Below, piece after piece: positions 12,880-23,818 of a DNA stretch of 64,000 nucleotides; positions within the stretch are counted from its first letter, which is position 1, and each line of letters starts with the position of its first letter. The stretch is from Heteronotia binoei (taxonomy: Eukaryota): assembly GCF_032191835.1 (NCBI RefSeq), contig NC_083231.1:31682001-31746000 (forward strand), written 5' to 3'. The notes below the pieces were generated by a model. The model did no database searches, was not told where the DNA came from, and worked only from the letters and a program-made list of their open reading frames with translations. Made by a program: the position numbers and the translations under genes.

Positions 12880-13290
12880 GGTATAGGTGTGAAAGTTGAA
12901 CAATGAAGAAAGCTGACAGGAAGAAAATAGATTCTTTTGAAATGTGATGTTGGAGAAGATACCATGGACCGCTAAAAAGAGAAATGAATGGGTTCTAAAC
13001 CAAATAAAGCCTGAACTCTCCCTAAAGCTAAAATTACTGAATCAAGACGATTGTACGTTGGTCACATCATGAGAAGACAAGGGTCTCTAAAAAAGAAAAT
13101 AATGCTAGGAAAAGTTGAAGGCAGCAGAAAAAGACCAAAGACCCAGCATGAGATGGCTTGATTCCATCAAGAAAGCCATGGCCCTCAGTTTGCAAGATCT
13201 GAGAATGGCTGTTAATGATAGGACATTTTGGAGGACATTAATTCATAGGGTCACTGTAAAATGGAAGCGACTTGATGATATTTAACACAA
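12880..13290 (+). mobile_element. RTE/Bov-B LINE 3' fragment
   Basis: Decayed coding for KKADRKKIDSFEM..., GHIMRRQ, IMLGKVEG, then the GGGTCAC...CGACTTGA tail. Confidence 0.9.
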
Positions 13291-13743
13291 ACCCACAATG
13301 AGGTAAAAACAATCAACAATTAAAACATGACATTAAATACAATACACAATTAAAACATATTTAAAACAATAAATTGTTAAAACGAGCAGTTAAAACTCAA
13401 TGTACACAATACTAAAAGAGTTCTCCTCTACCAACTATCTTCTGAAATGAAACCATCTTATATGCCTTCCTGAATGCAACAATTGAAGATACCCAGAGTA
13501 ATGGACCAACCATAGAGAAAGCTTGTAACAGAGTCATAGCCAGAGTCATCAGCCCTTTGGTACGAGCCTAAGGGAATGAACTAAAGGGCTATTGACTCTT
13601 AGCCCGTGGTTTGTCCCAATGGACTCAAGCCTAGCCAATTATGTTCAGTGTTTTGTGTTGTTTTTATTATATTTTATTTATATAAATTGTATTGGCATTT
13701 TGGGAAGTCCATTAGGGACAAAAGTGAGATAAGAAATACCACC

Positions 13744-13801
13744 GATGGATGGATGGATGGATGGATGGATGGATGGATGGATGGATGGATGGATGGATGG
13801 A
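13744..13801. repeat. (GATG)n microsatellite
   Basis: Directly visible. Confidence 0.98.
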
Positions 13802-14866
13802 TTTAAAAGAAGATTCATGGAGGTAAGGTCCATCAGTAGCTATTTATGGTTCAATGAAACTTCCATGCTTTATTCTGATATTCAGTTTACTCCTTAATAC
13901 AAGGTACTGAGGCCGAACAGCGCAGTTGTTACTCTCAAGCCATGCATGCATGATTTCCCAGGACATCTGACAGTTCATTGTCAAAAATGGTATACTAGAC
14001 TACATGGACCTTTGTCTGGCTCAGCTAGGCCCTTTTTAGGTTCTTGTGCCTCTCCTTCACATGCTGCATATGTATTGCAAGAATCACTGGTATAGTGCCA
14101 TGGAACTGCAATGTGAATGGGACTGAAATGTGAAGTGTCAAGTACTGTTTAAATTAATTTTTCTCCAAAGCTGGGATCCATTATCAACTGTCAGTTCCTT
14201 TGTCTTTTTTTAAAAAAACCATACATTTGACAGTCTCCAGAACTTGTCTTGAAAATAATTTTTAGTCCTTTGCATTCCTACAGCACTGCAACTGTGGCCA
14301 GCATCACACCCCCAACTTTCACTTGCTCTAATTTCTCTGTTTCTAGAGGTGAAGAGACTATGCATAAACCCAGACACCTTGTCAGGGATGCCAGGATAGT
14401 TAATAGTTTTCAGTATAGCTTAAGAGTTTTCTGCTTTAAGATACTCCTTTTCCATAAAACTGATTGATTCTGCAGTGTCGGATGAGAGATTCTCCCTGAA
14501 GTCAGTGTACTCAAGTTCAGTACTTGCGTTATGTTGTCGGATTTCATCAGGACAGAAGACTGTATTGAAAAGGATCAGTTGGTAATGATTATACTGTATT
14601 GATAGCAGTGGGATAGGCTTCTGTGCCTACTTCCTGTTAGCTTTGCAAAGGAAAAGAAAAGGCTTTTCTTGTGCCATTCAAAGACCAAATGTGGCACCCA
14701 AATTAGGCTTGAAATTTTGATCCGTGCTGCTTTGACTCTCCCCCCACAAATTCCTATTTTGCCTATTACACCTTTGTATGACTTAAACCTTCAAGCTTTT
14801 ATTTTCATATTTTAGTTGTTTTATGGTTTATTATTGATAATGCTGTGCTTTTAATTAAGTTTATTG

Positions 14867-15382
14867 CAGAGGTCTTCAACTGTTCTGAGCCTGTGGCCAC
14901 TTTTTGGAATTCTGATACAGGCTGGTGGGCACAACCACAAAATGGCTGCCACCGGAGGTAGAGTCAATGACACAATGACTGCCATACGAGGTAGAGCCCA
15001 TCACAAAACGTCAGGGCTTGAGGTCATGTATAACTCTAATAGCAACTCTCCAACATTTCAGGCAGAAGCTCTTTTTAACAAATGCCTTGTAAAATGAATA
15101 TATCATTTAAAAATATTTTCTTGCATACACACTGCTTCAGTGCATGACTAAAGCTAAAATCCTTGCCCAATGATGGCAGCTACTGTCAAAGCAATGTGTT
15201 GTGTTTTTGTTTGTTTTTTTTTTAAAAAAAATCTGAACAGTCAATCAGATATCCAATGGCAAATGAGAAGCCCTTCTGGTCAAAAGCTCCACATAGCCCC
15301 ACTCACTTTCTAAAACACATTGGGTCCTGGAAAGGTGTCAGTGGACACCATGATGCTCGTGGGCACTACAGTACGGGCCTTG
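14867..15382. mobile_element. hAT (Charlie-like) non-autonomous element
   Basis: Starts CAGAGGTCTTCAAC, degenerate right end GGGCCTTG; TSD GTTTATTG / CTTTATTG (7/8). Confidence 0.7.
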
Positions 15383-15433
15383 CTTTATTGTTTTGTTGAT
15401 ACTTTTGTGAACTACTTTGAGCAGATATCTGGA

Positions 15434-15645
15434 AAAACAACTTCTGAAGAAGAAAGATCCCAGTGGGCAGCTGTATTGGTCTGAAGCAGTAGAACAAAGT
15501 TTGAGCTCAGTGGCAACTTTAAGACCAAAAAAGATTTATTCAATGTACACACATTTTTGTGTACACACACACATCTGAGAAAATATGTGTACACACAAAA
15601 GACCAATTTTGTCTTCAAGGTGCCACCGGACTCAAACTTCGTTCA
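15434..15645. mobile_element. Penelope-like element-derived inverted fragments
   Basis: GGCAGCTGTATTGGTCTGAAGC...GGCAACTTTAAGACC, then a reverse-complement arm at 15604-15644 separated by a CA-rich stretch. Confidence 0.6.
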
Positions 15646-15648
15646 ACA

Positions 15649-16289
15649 TGCAATGCCCTCTACATGGGGCTGCCCTTGTGCCGGACCCGGAAATTGCAGC
15701 TGGTGCAGAATGCCGCGGCCCGGTTGCTATTGGGCCTCCCAAGGTGGGGGCACATCCGGCCGGGTCTTCGGGCTCTGCACTGGCTCCCAATAACATACCG
15801 AGTCCGGTACAAGGTGCTGGTTATCACCTTTAAAGCCCTATATGGCCTGGGACCTGCCTACCTGAGGGACCGTCTCTCCCCACACGTTCCCCAGAGAGTA
15901 CTGAGGTCTGGGACTCAAAACCTCCTCACCATCCCCGGGCCTAAGGAAGTCCGTCTCAAGGCGACCAGAGACAGGGCTTTCTCTACAATGGCTCCAACAT
16001 GGTGGAACCAGCTACCGGAAGAGGTGAGGGCCCTGCGGGATCTTACTCAGTTCCGCAGGGCCTGTAAGACAACCCTCTTCCGGTTAGCCTACGCCTGACT
16101 GGATAAATGTAGCCTGCTAGACTGCTGTGTTTTATACTGTGTAGTTTTAATGTTATAATGTTATAGTTTTTAGGTTTTAAATGCTTAACTTTTTAAATGT
16201 AATAACTTTGCTTCTGTTTTATTGTTTTATCGTTTGTTGTGAGCCGCCCTGAGCCACTCTGTGGGAAGGGCGGGATATAAATTACGGAA

Positions 16290-16348
<59 letters not shown>

Positions 16349-16349
16349 A
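15649..16349 (+). mobile_element. L2 LINE 3' fragment (ORF2 C-terminus, 3' UTR, (AAAT)n tail)
   Basis: CNALYMGLP...LQLVQNAAARLL...LHWLP...FRRACKTTLF; near-identical to the minus copy at 50502-51848; tail GTGAGCCGCCCTGAG...GGGCGGGATATAAA followed by (AAAT)n at 16287-16349. Confidence 0.95.
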
Positions 16350-16524
16350 CATCTCAAGAAGTAAATAATGCTGTTGTATGTTTTCTTACCTCCCAGTTTC
16401 CCCCATCACATAGAATATGTGTACATCAAAAACCAGCATTTACCTCCCTCTCAGCTGCAAAATGGTGGCCTTCACGCTTTAATTATTCCCATAGTCACTA
16501 TGCTGGAGCTACAGTGAGTTATTA

Positions 16525-16756
16525 GATTTGGGTTCAGTAGCAACTTAGAATCAAAGTTCCCTTCATCAGACACAAGTAGGAACAGAGATCTCTGAGTCTT
16601 TATATTCCAGTCAGAAAGTGGAGGGGTGTTGTAAAGTATTATTGTAAAGGATACAAAGATGCCTGATGATGGTGTCTGATTAAATGAGCTTTGACTCTCA
16701 AAAGCTTATGCCCTGAAAATCTTGTAGCTGTCTAAGGTGCTACTGAACCCAAATCT
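16525..16756. mobile_element. Penelope-like element remnant with inverted ends
   Basis: AGATTTGGGTTCAGTAGCA (16525-16543) and its reverse complement at about 16738-16756; internal AAAGCTTATGCCCTGAAAATCTTG. Confidence 0.6.
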
Positions 16757-17124
16757 AACAGAAAAAAAAAACTGCAGCAACATCTACCTCTTTATTTGCA
16801 CTTTAATTTAGGAAACCCATCAGCCTCTGCCTATTTGTCAGCTAGGCAGGCCAACTTTGCTTCCATCAGCAAAAAACAAAACAATACAACACAATGTGGT
16901 GAATAGGAGAAGTCACAATTGGTGGGGAATGGAAGACGAAGGACAATACTGTGTGCTGTGGTATCAGTGGTCTGCTTTAGCCTTAGCTGTTACATCCAGA
17001 TATCCTGGTATCTCACCAATGGGAGAGCATGCTACCCCCAGTGCTCCCAATATACTTACTCACCATTTTCAGTAAATAAGGCAATGTACATCTATTCCAT
17101 GCATGTGCAGCTTTATTCCTTGTG

Positions 17125-17260
17125 TAAGAACATAATAAGAGCTCTGCCAAATCAGACCAGTTGCCCATCTAATCCAGCAACCTGTCTCACACAGTGGCCA
17201 ACCAATTACTCTGGAGGACCAACAACAAGACATAGAGACCTTCCTTTAATGTTATCTCCT
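17125..17260 (-). mobile_element. CR1 3' end fragment
   Basis: TAAGAACATAA...TCAGACCAG...CACAGTGGCCAACC is the reverse complement of the CR1 tail at 62357-62657. Confidence 0.8.
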
Positions 17261-17267
17261 GGCAAAG

Positions 17268-17512
17268 GAGGAGGACAAGGAGAGCTGAATTTATATCCTG
17301 CCCTTCACTCAGAGTCTCAGAGCAGCTCACAATCTCCTTTCCATTTTCTCCCCATAACAGACACCCTGTGAGGTAGCTGGAGCTGAGAGGGCTCTAAAAG
17401 AACAACTCTGAGAGAACTGTAACTGAGCTGGTTGCATGTGAAGGTGTGGGTAATCAAACCCAGTTCTCCAAATTAGAGTCTGCTGGTCTTAACTACTACA
17501 CCAAGCTGGCTC
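17268..17512 (-). mobile_element. tRNA-derived SINE (Squam3-like)
   Basis: Head-to-tail homology with the 38952 copy. Confidence 0.85.
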
Positions 17513-17819
17513 CTGTATTCAGAGGTTTTACTGTGAACAGCAACTCATCCAAGAAATTGCAATGGCACATTGGAAGCATTGTGAGCTCCCTGGTATGCCT
17601 GGATGTAATGTCTGAAAAGAACCAGGGATGCTGCAAGCCTTCCTCATATTTCTCAGCTTGGGTTACTTTATCTTTTCATCAGGGTAGGGTTTGAAGTCTT
17701 AGCTTCTGTTTCTACTTGCTTCTAACCCCCTTTGCAACTCACTGAGAACAGTAAATTCCATGACTGGAGAATCAGCCCTAAGGAGCTATCAAGTGGGGGA
17801 AATGCTGAATTTCAGCTGT

Positions 17820-17960
17820 AGGCTGCAATCACACACACTAAATAATGCACTTTCAATGTACTTCCAGTGCACTTTCCAACTGGCTTTTGCCTGTTCACAC
17901 AGTAATATCCAGTTGGAGAGTGGATTGAAAGTGCATTATTAGTGTGTGTGATTGCAGCCT
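17820..17960. mobile_element. Palindromic MITE (probably PIF/Harbinger)
   Basis: About 37-bp near-perfect TIRs AGGCTGCAATCACACACACTAAATAATGCACTTTCAAT; only a degenerate 3-bp TWA-like flank. Confidence 0.7.
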
Positions 17961-18579
17961 TGGTTTGTGTCTGCTCCCTCTGGATACTTAGTTATGTCTT
18001 GGTACTTTTGATATTTCTGTTATTTCATTTCTTCATAAATATATCCTGCATTCTGTTCAGTAAACTATGTGCTGCATATTTAAAAGATGTACATTTGTGG
18101 AAGGGTGCATGCGCCTATGGTGAACTTTTTGCTTTTTTCCTCTTTGAGGAGTTATTTTCATGACAAATAAAAATGTGGATTACACAACAGTGATCAATGC
18201 AGTGGCTATAATTAGATAGTTTGAGATTTTCTAATTACACATTTCAGAGAGGTGACAAAAGTCAGATATTGAACCGCAGCATATTAATTAGACACTTTCT
18301 CTTGAAATGTAATATATTCAGAAGGAAGAGTGTACAATTACCATAATTTAAAAGATTTTTATTAGAAAGGTTAATATTGTCTTGTAAACAGGAATGTAAT
18401 TTGCATTTTTCATTATAACATATTTCACATTGCAAATAAGTTTATTAAGTGATTTGAAGGTCATGGACATGATCCAGAAACTTGATCCACATTCAAAGAA
18501 AAATGTGTGTGTGTATGGAGGGTATTTTCAGAAGCAGGTTATGCATACAAGGATAACAGAGCAATTAACATACAGTAGA

Positions 18580-18799
18580 TCTATTTAGATATTTATACCC
18601 TGCTTTCCTCCCAGTGGAAACCCAAAATGGACTACAACATCATTCTCTGCTCCTCCATGTTAGCGTCAGAACAACAACCCTTTAGGTAGTTTAGGCAGAG
18701 CATGTGACTGGCCCAAGGTCACCCAGACAACTTGTATGGCAGAGCTAGGATTTGGCTTCCCATATCCTAGTCTGGCATTCTAACCACTACACGCCATGG
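18580..18799 (-). mobile_element. tRNA-derived SINE
   Basis: Same family as the 8328 and 2813 copies. Confidence 0.75.
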
Positions 18800-18806
18800 A
18801 CCAGTG

Positions 18807-19316
18807 TAGGGTTGCCAATCCCCAGGTGGGGGCAAGGGATCCCCCAGTTTGGAGGCCCTCCCCCCACTTCAGGGTCATCAGAAAGCAGGGGGAGGGGAGG
18901 GAAATGTCTGCTGGGAACTCTATTATTCCCTATGGAGGTTTATTCCCACAGAAAATCATGGAGAATTGATCCGAGGGTATCTGGGGCTCGGGGGGGGGTC
19001 TGTTTTTTTGGGTAGAGACACCAAATTTTCAGTATAGCATCTAGTGCCTCTCCGCAAAATACCCCCCAAGTTTCAAAAAGATTGGACCAGGGGGTCCAAT
19101 TCTATGAGCCCCAAAAGAAGGTGCCCCTATTGTTCATTATTTCCTATGGAAGGAAGGAATTGAAAAGGTGTGCCGTCCCTTTAAATATGATGGCCAGAAC
19201 TCCCTTTGGAGTTCAATTATGCTTGTCACAGCCTTGATCTTGGCTCCACCCCCAAAGTCTCCTGGCTCCACCCCCAAAGTCCCCAGATATTTCTTGAATT
19301 GGACTTTGCAACCCTA
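18807..19316. mobile_element. hAT MITE, TAGGGTTGCCA family
   Basis: TAGGGTTGCCA / TTGCAACCCTA ends; perfect 8-bp TSD GACCAGTG (18799-18806, 19317-19324). Confidence 0.95.
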
Positions 19317-19823
19317 GACCAGTGCAAACGGCTTATTATGAGTTTGCTCCTGCTGCTGTGCAGTAGCTAACTATGAGCTATTCACTTAGAAGTTCCCAAT
19401 TTAAACATAGTCAAAAAACTCACTAGGTGAGTTGCCTAAGACAAGCCAGTGTTTTAGCCTCAGCCTCATACCCACTTCTGCCTGAAATATAGGAAAGAGA
19501 CTGATTATACTGTGTATTATTCATAAGAATGTTCAAAGTATTTGTACAGCTGGGAAAACAAACCGGTCCCACACAGGCCAAATGGCATTCTGTAAAGTTT
19601 TACTGCCTCAACTGGATCGCCAAAAGAATGAGCTAGCTGTAGGCCTTCCAGCAACAGAGAGATCTTTAAGATATATAGCATATAATAAGGGGGGTGGGGA
19701 TAGAGAAGCATTAATCCACTAGAAAAGGTAAATTACAGCTGACTGAACATACTCTGCATTAGCGTACACAGCTCACCTCCCTTTCCAATACAAAGTGTTT
19801 CACATAGTAATCCTGACAAGGAT

Positions 19824-19982
19824 CAGAGGTTGTTTTGTAGAAAAAAAGGTGGTGGAGCACATCCAGGGATTGTTATGCAGCTGCACCTACTATTCAATGG
19901 ACAAGGTGGGAAGGAGGAGGGGGAACCCTCAGGAAGGTTCAGGAACTGCGCTCCTGTGAGCTCCTGCTGAATCCGAGGCCTG
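19824..19982. mobile_element. hAT MITE (CAGGGCT-type)
   Basis: CAGAGGTT...GAGGCCTG ends; TSD ACAAGGAT / ACAAGGAC (7/8). Confidence 0.75.
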
Positions 19983-20599
19983 ACAAGGACCCTGTAATGT
20001 CCCTATTGCAAAAGGAGAGCTGAAACTGGAAAACGATTTGCCCAAGGTCATCTATTACGTTTGTGGCAGAGACAATATTTCAGATAGGGTCCTTCTGGTT
20101 CACTCTTCAGATGCCACTCAGCTGTATGATGAGAATGCTTATTTGTCATACTTATTTGTTCATTAGGATTTGTTTAGCAAACTGCATGTCTGATCTTCCG
20201 CACTCTGTCATCTGTTTGTTTAGAGGAACAGCAAGGAGATTATGTTGTAAAGGAGCTGGCACAGAAATTCAGTAGCGATGCTGGCGTTTGATGGAAGCAT
20301 CCCTTATTTAAGGCTGTGTTGCAACCAGGTTTTGTGAAGTTCTATTTCTGAAGTAAAAGTTACCCATTCAGGAAGGGGAGAGGGCCATGCAGAAAACCTT
20401 TAACGTATCCTTGTACCATCATTGTTAGAACAATCTAACAACAATCTAAGTGGGCGTCACTTGTTATTAGCCTTTCCCCCCTCATTCCATCCCAATGCTA
20501 CAAGATCTGCTGGACTTGGACAATAGGTCACATCTGTGAGACAGAATCTGCCATCTTAGTCTTTGTAATTTTAGATTTTATATATTTTAAATTGGCTTT

Positions 20600-20693
20600 T
20601 ACTGTTTTTACTGTTGACTGTTTTTATGATGTAACCCACCCTGAGCCTGTTCTATTGGAAGGGCAGGCTAAAAATCGAATAAAATAAATAAAT
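20600..20693 (+). mobile_element. L2-type 3' tail remnant
   Basis: GTAACCCACCCTGAG...GGGCAGGCTAAAAAT followed by AATAAA repeats. Confidence 0.65.
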
Positions 20694-20839
20694 CTGCCCT
20701 CAAAATGGCTTTTTAAAAATGGGTAGTTTATTTAAATCTTTATACTCCAATTTTCTCCCCAATGGGAACCCAAAGCAGTTGACAAGGTCATTCTCCCATC
20801 CTCTTTTTTCTGCGTTGCTGCATGGAGCTTCCTGAGTGG

Positions 20840-21059
20840 TAGGGTTCCCAGCCTCCAGGTAGACCCTGGAAATCTCCTGCTTGTGCAACTGATCTCCAGC
20901 TGGCTAAGATCAGCTGCTCTTGGGGGAAATGACTGTTTTGATGGGTGGAGTCTGTGGTATTGTACCATGCTGAGGCCACTCCCCTCCCCAAACCCTGCCC
21001 TCTCCTGAATCCACTCCCAAAGTCTCCAGGTATTTTCCAACACAGACCTGGCAACCCTA
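20840..21059. mobile_element. hAT MITE, TAGGGTTGCCA family (short variant, about 220 bp)
   Basis: TAGGGTTCCCA / TGGCAACCCTA ends; homologous to the copies at 31486, 22155, 34648 and 36420; TSD not recovered. Confidence 0.85.
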
Positions 21060-22154
21060 GTCCTGACTGCTGCACAGGCATCAACATAACTCCACTCATC
21101 TATTCATTCTTTACAACCAACTTGGATTACTTAAATGCACTCTTCATGTCATTTGAAGAATATTGAAAATTTCACATGGTCAGAAAGCAGCAGACATATT
21201 GCTAAGTAGGGCCTGTCAGATGGAGCATATTAAGCCACTCCTAAAATAAATTTCATTGGTTGCTATTTGGTTTCTAGGAAGGGTTGGCATGAGACACTTT
21301 GGCATGAGAATTCAGTGGGAGGGACAACTGATCTGGCATCGTGCAATGCATGACATCACTTCTGGCATGAATTTGGAAGTGACATAGTTATTTTGGGGCA
21401 ATTCTTTAGGATAGATCCCACACTTGAACAAGCAGGGATGCTGTACATCAGCCTGATGCCAAATCGCCCCCCATCCCACCCTGTCCTGTCATGCGACAGC
21501 AGGGAATAGCCTCCCTGTTTTCAGGGCCAATTTAAAATGACCAGGATTTACAGCCCTAAGTGGTCTGGGTTCTGGATGCTGAAAGGAAAGGAAATAAGGT
21601 TCCATATAAATTCACCCACATGCTATGATCTACATTGGGGGACCTTCGCTGGGGGCCCTTTCCATGAGAAGTTGACTGGCAGGCTGTGTGAGATAGGCCT
21701 TTTCAACAGTAGAGGAGACAGACCCTCACCAGGAAAATCTGCCTCTCTGATGGCATTTCAGTGCCACATCAAAGTACAAAGGAACATTGGTAGGGCTATC
21801 CTAAGCAGAGTTATACCCTTTTAAACCCATTAACTCCTATGAATTTAGAAGGGTGCCGCTATGATTAGGATGGCACTGCTAGACTTCTTAGTTAACAGTG
21901 CTTGCTCCTATTGATTTCCTGTATGTCTTGTTCTCTGCTTTTGCCATTTGTTTGAATGGCTGCTGACTCTGATTTTTTAAAAAAAAACAAAACAAAAACA
22001 ACCCAAAAAACCTTGTTTTCCTTGTATGTTTTAATTGTAAGGTTTGTTTCAAACTTTCAATTTTTTGCTACCTGCCTTTGGCACTTTGGCAAGTTCAAAG
22101 CCAGGATATTAAAAATTCAGATCAAGACATAGATAGGGTGTCATGCCTAGTTTG

Positions 22155-22640
22155 TAGGGTTGCGAACCTCCAGGTGGCACCTGGAGATGTCCTGCTATTA
22201 CCATTGATCTCCATCTGACCCAGATCAGTTCCCCTGGAGAAAATGTCAGGTTTGGAAGGTGAATTGTATGGCATTATATCCTGCAGAGCTCCCTCCCTTC
22301 TCTAAACCCCACCTCCACAGAACCAGTTTGGTGTAGTGGTTAAGTGTGTGGACTCTTCTCTGGGAGAACCGGGTTTGATTCCCCACTCCTCCACTTGCAC
22401 CTGCTGGAATGGCCTTGGGTTGCCCTGTCCTTGAAAGGGCAACTGCTGTGAGAGCCCTCTCAGCCCACCCACCTCACAGAGTGTCTGTTGTGGGGGGAGA
22501 AGACATAGGAGATTGGAAACCACTCTGAGTCTCTGATTCAGGGAGAAGGGCAGGGTATAAATCTGCAATTCTTCATCATCATCATCTTCTCAACCTCCAA
22601 AAATCTCCAGGTATTTCCCAACCCAGAGCTGACAATCCCA
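22155..22640. mobile_element. Short TAGGGTTGCCA MITE interrupted by a SINE
   Basis: MITE halves at 22155-22318 and 22591-22640; TSD CTAGTTTG / GTGGTTTG (6/8). Confidence 0.8.
22319..22590 (+). mobile_element. tRNA-derived SINE (Squam3-like), near full length
   Basis: GTTTGGTGTAGTGGTTAAG A box, GGTTTGATTCCC B box, L2-like tail and (TCA)n end. Confidence 0.9.
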
Positions 22641-22913
22641 GTGGTTTGTAGTTCCATGGTTCCACCAGTATTGTTTGGCATAATGAGTCAATCATAGTTT
22701 TGTGCCAAAAGTCTGCCTGCTATAGCAAAGTTTTGAAATTACCAGTGGCGTAACAATAATAGAAAAGGGTGGTTGACTTAGTGCCCAAGCTTTGCCTGCT
22801 GTACAAATTTTAATGGTAGTGTCTATAACTCTCCCCTCCCTGGTTTTAGTAGCAACAACCTAGCAGTGTGTTTGGATCCCTGCACTGCAACAAAACTTAC
22901 CAGCCCCTGGGGG

Positions 22914-23077
22914 CAGGACCAGACCTAGATTGCCTGGCACTCTAGGCTAGACTAACTTCTGGTGCACCCCTGCATTGATAATGTTACTGAGTCACGGGGG
23001 GGAGGGCAGTGCAGTGTCCCCAGAAGGCTGACACCCTAGGCAATTGCCTAGTTTGCCTAGTGGCAAGGCCAGCCCTG
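22914..23077. mobile_element. hAT MITE, same family as 893-1060
   Basis: CAGGACCAGACCTAG / AGGCCAGCCCTG ends; TSD CCTGGGGG / CCCGGGGG (7/8, CpG decay). Confidence 0.8.
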
Positions 23078-23818
23078 CCCGGGGGTGCTGTGTGTTCAGC
23101 CCTGTTTGTCTCAGAGAGAAAAGGTGAAACTGAAGGAGGCTCCTGGCAACAGAGGTCTGTTGTTCATTTTTGTTGTTGTTGTTGTTCCATGTAAGGCTAC
23201 CAAGCCCTAGTTTGGGCAGTAGGCAAGACCGCTCTCTCTCTCTCCATTGGGTGTATGCTATTAAATACTTCAGGAGAAATGTAAACAAAAATTAGAATAA
23301 TGTATTTTTATTGACATCCCAGACAGTCTGGAAAGGGGAGTGAGGGAAGATAATATTACCTATGAAGTAGAATATGAATATAACCAATCCACTTCTTCCG
23401 GTTAAATAAGCAATCCCCTATTGTAACTTCTTATACTGGTCCTTTCCTCTTTCTTTTTTTAAAATGTGTTTTGTCCTCCATGTTATAACAGGCATTTTGT
23501 TTTATTAGTCTGCCACTTCTTTGTCCTGACCTCTGTGGTGGCTTCTGCAAACTCTGTTTAGTCTTTAATTTATAATGTCTGCCGCTGTGTTCGTGCGCTT
23601 GATGCGTTGATCGGTGCCATGCCCAAACTGGTGTATACATCTCTTGCTAATGTTTGATTTGCTTCTCTGACTTGGACCCAACCAATTGACCTTAGATGCG
23701 GTACAGCCAATGTCGGAAGTCTTTTCTTTTCTGTTGAATGCAATGAAAGGTAAGCTGCTTCTTTTTAACTCTTAATAATGAAAGGGCCTTAGAAATGCTT
23801 ACCTTTGTCCTGATGGTG

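Larger units (their letters stand above)
12618..14045 (+). mobile_element. Nested cluster: old CR1 3' end split by L2 tails and a Bov-B fragment
   Basis: CR1-like ACTAGAATG..GGATCACCCAATGAAG at 12618-12765 resumes about 13800-14045; L2-tail-like pieces at 12766-12830 and 13310-13500; a LINE tail ending in (GATG)n at 13590-13801. Confidence 0.5.

Noticed and set aside
15559-15648. N-terminal 30 codons of the 179-aa ORF as a real start
   Set aside because: They derive from a CA-rich stretch and a Penelope arm that happen to be in frame with the truncated L2.
22319-22400. tRNA gene-like A/B boxes (many copies)
   Set aside because: No intact cloverleaf is evident, and they are joined to SINE bodies and LINE-like tails.
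23562-23749. Splice-bounded frame with a single in-frame TGA (possible selenocysteine)
   Set aside because: No resemblance to any selenoprotein family I know and no SECIS identified. One stop in about 62 codons is expected by chance.
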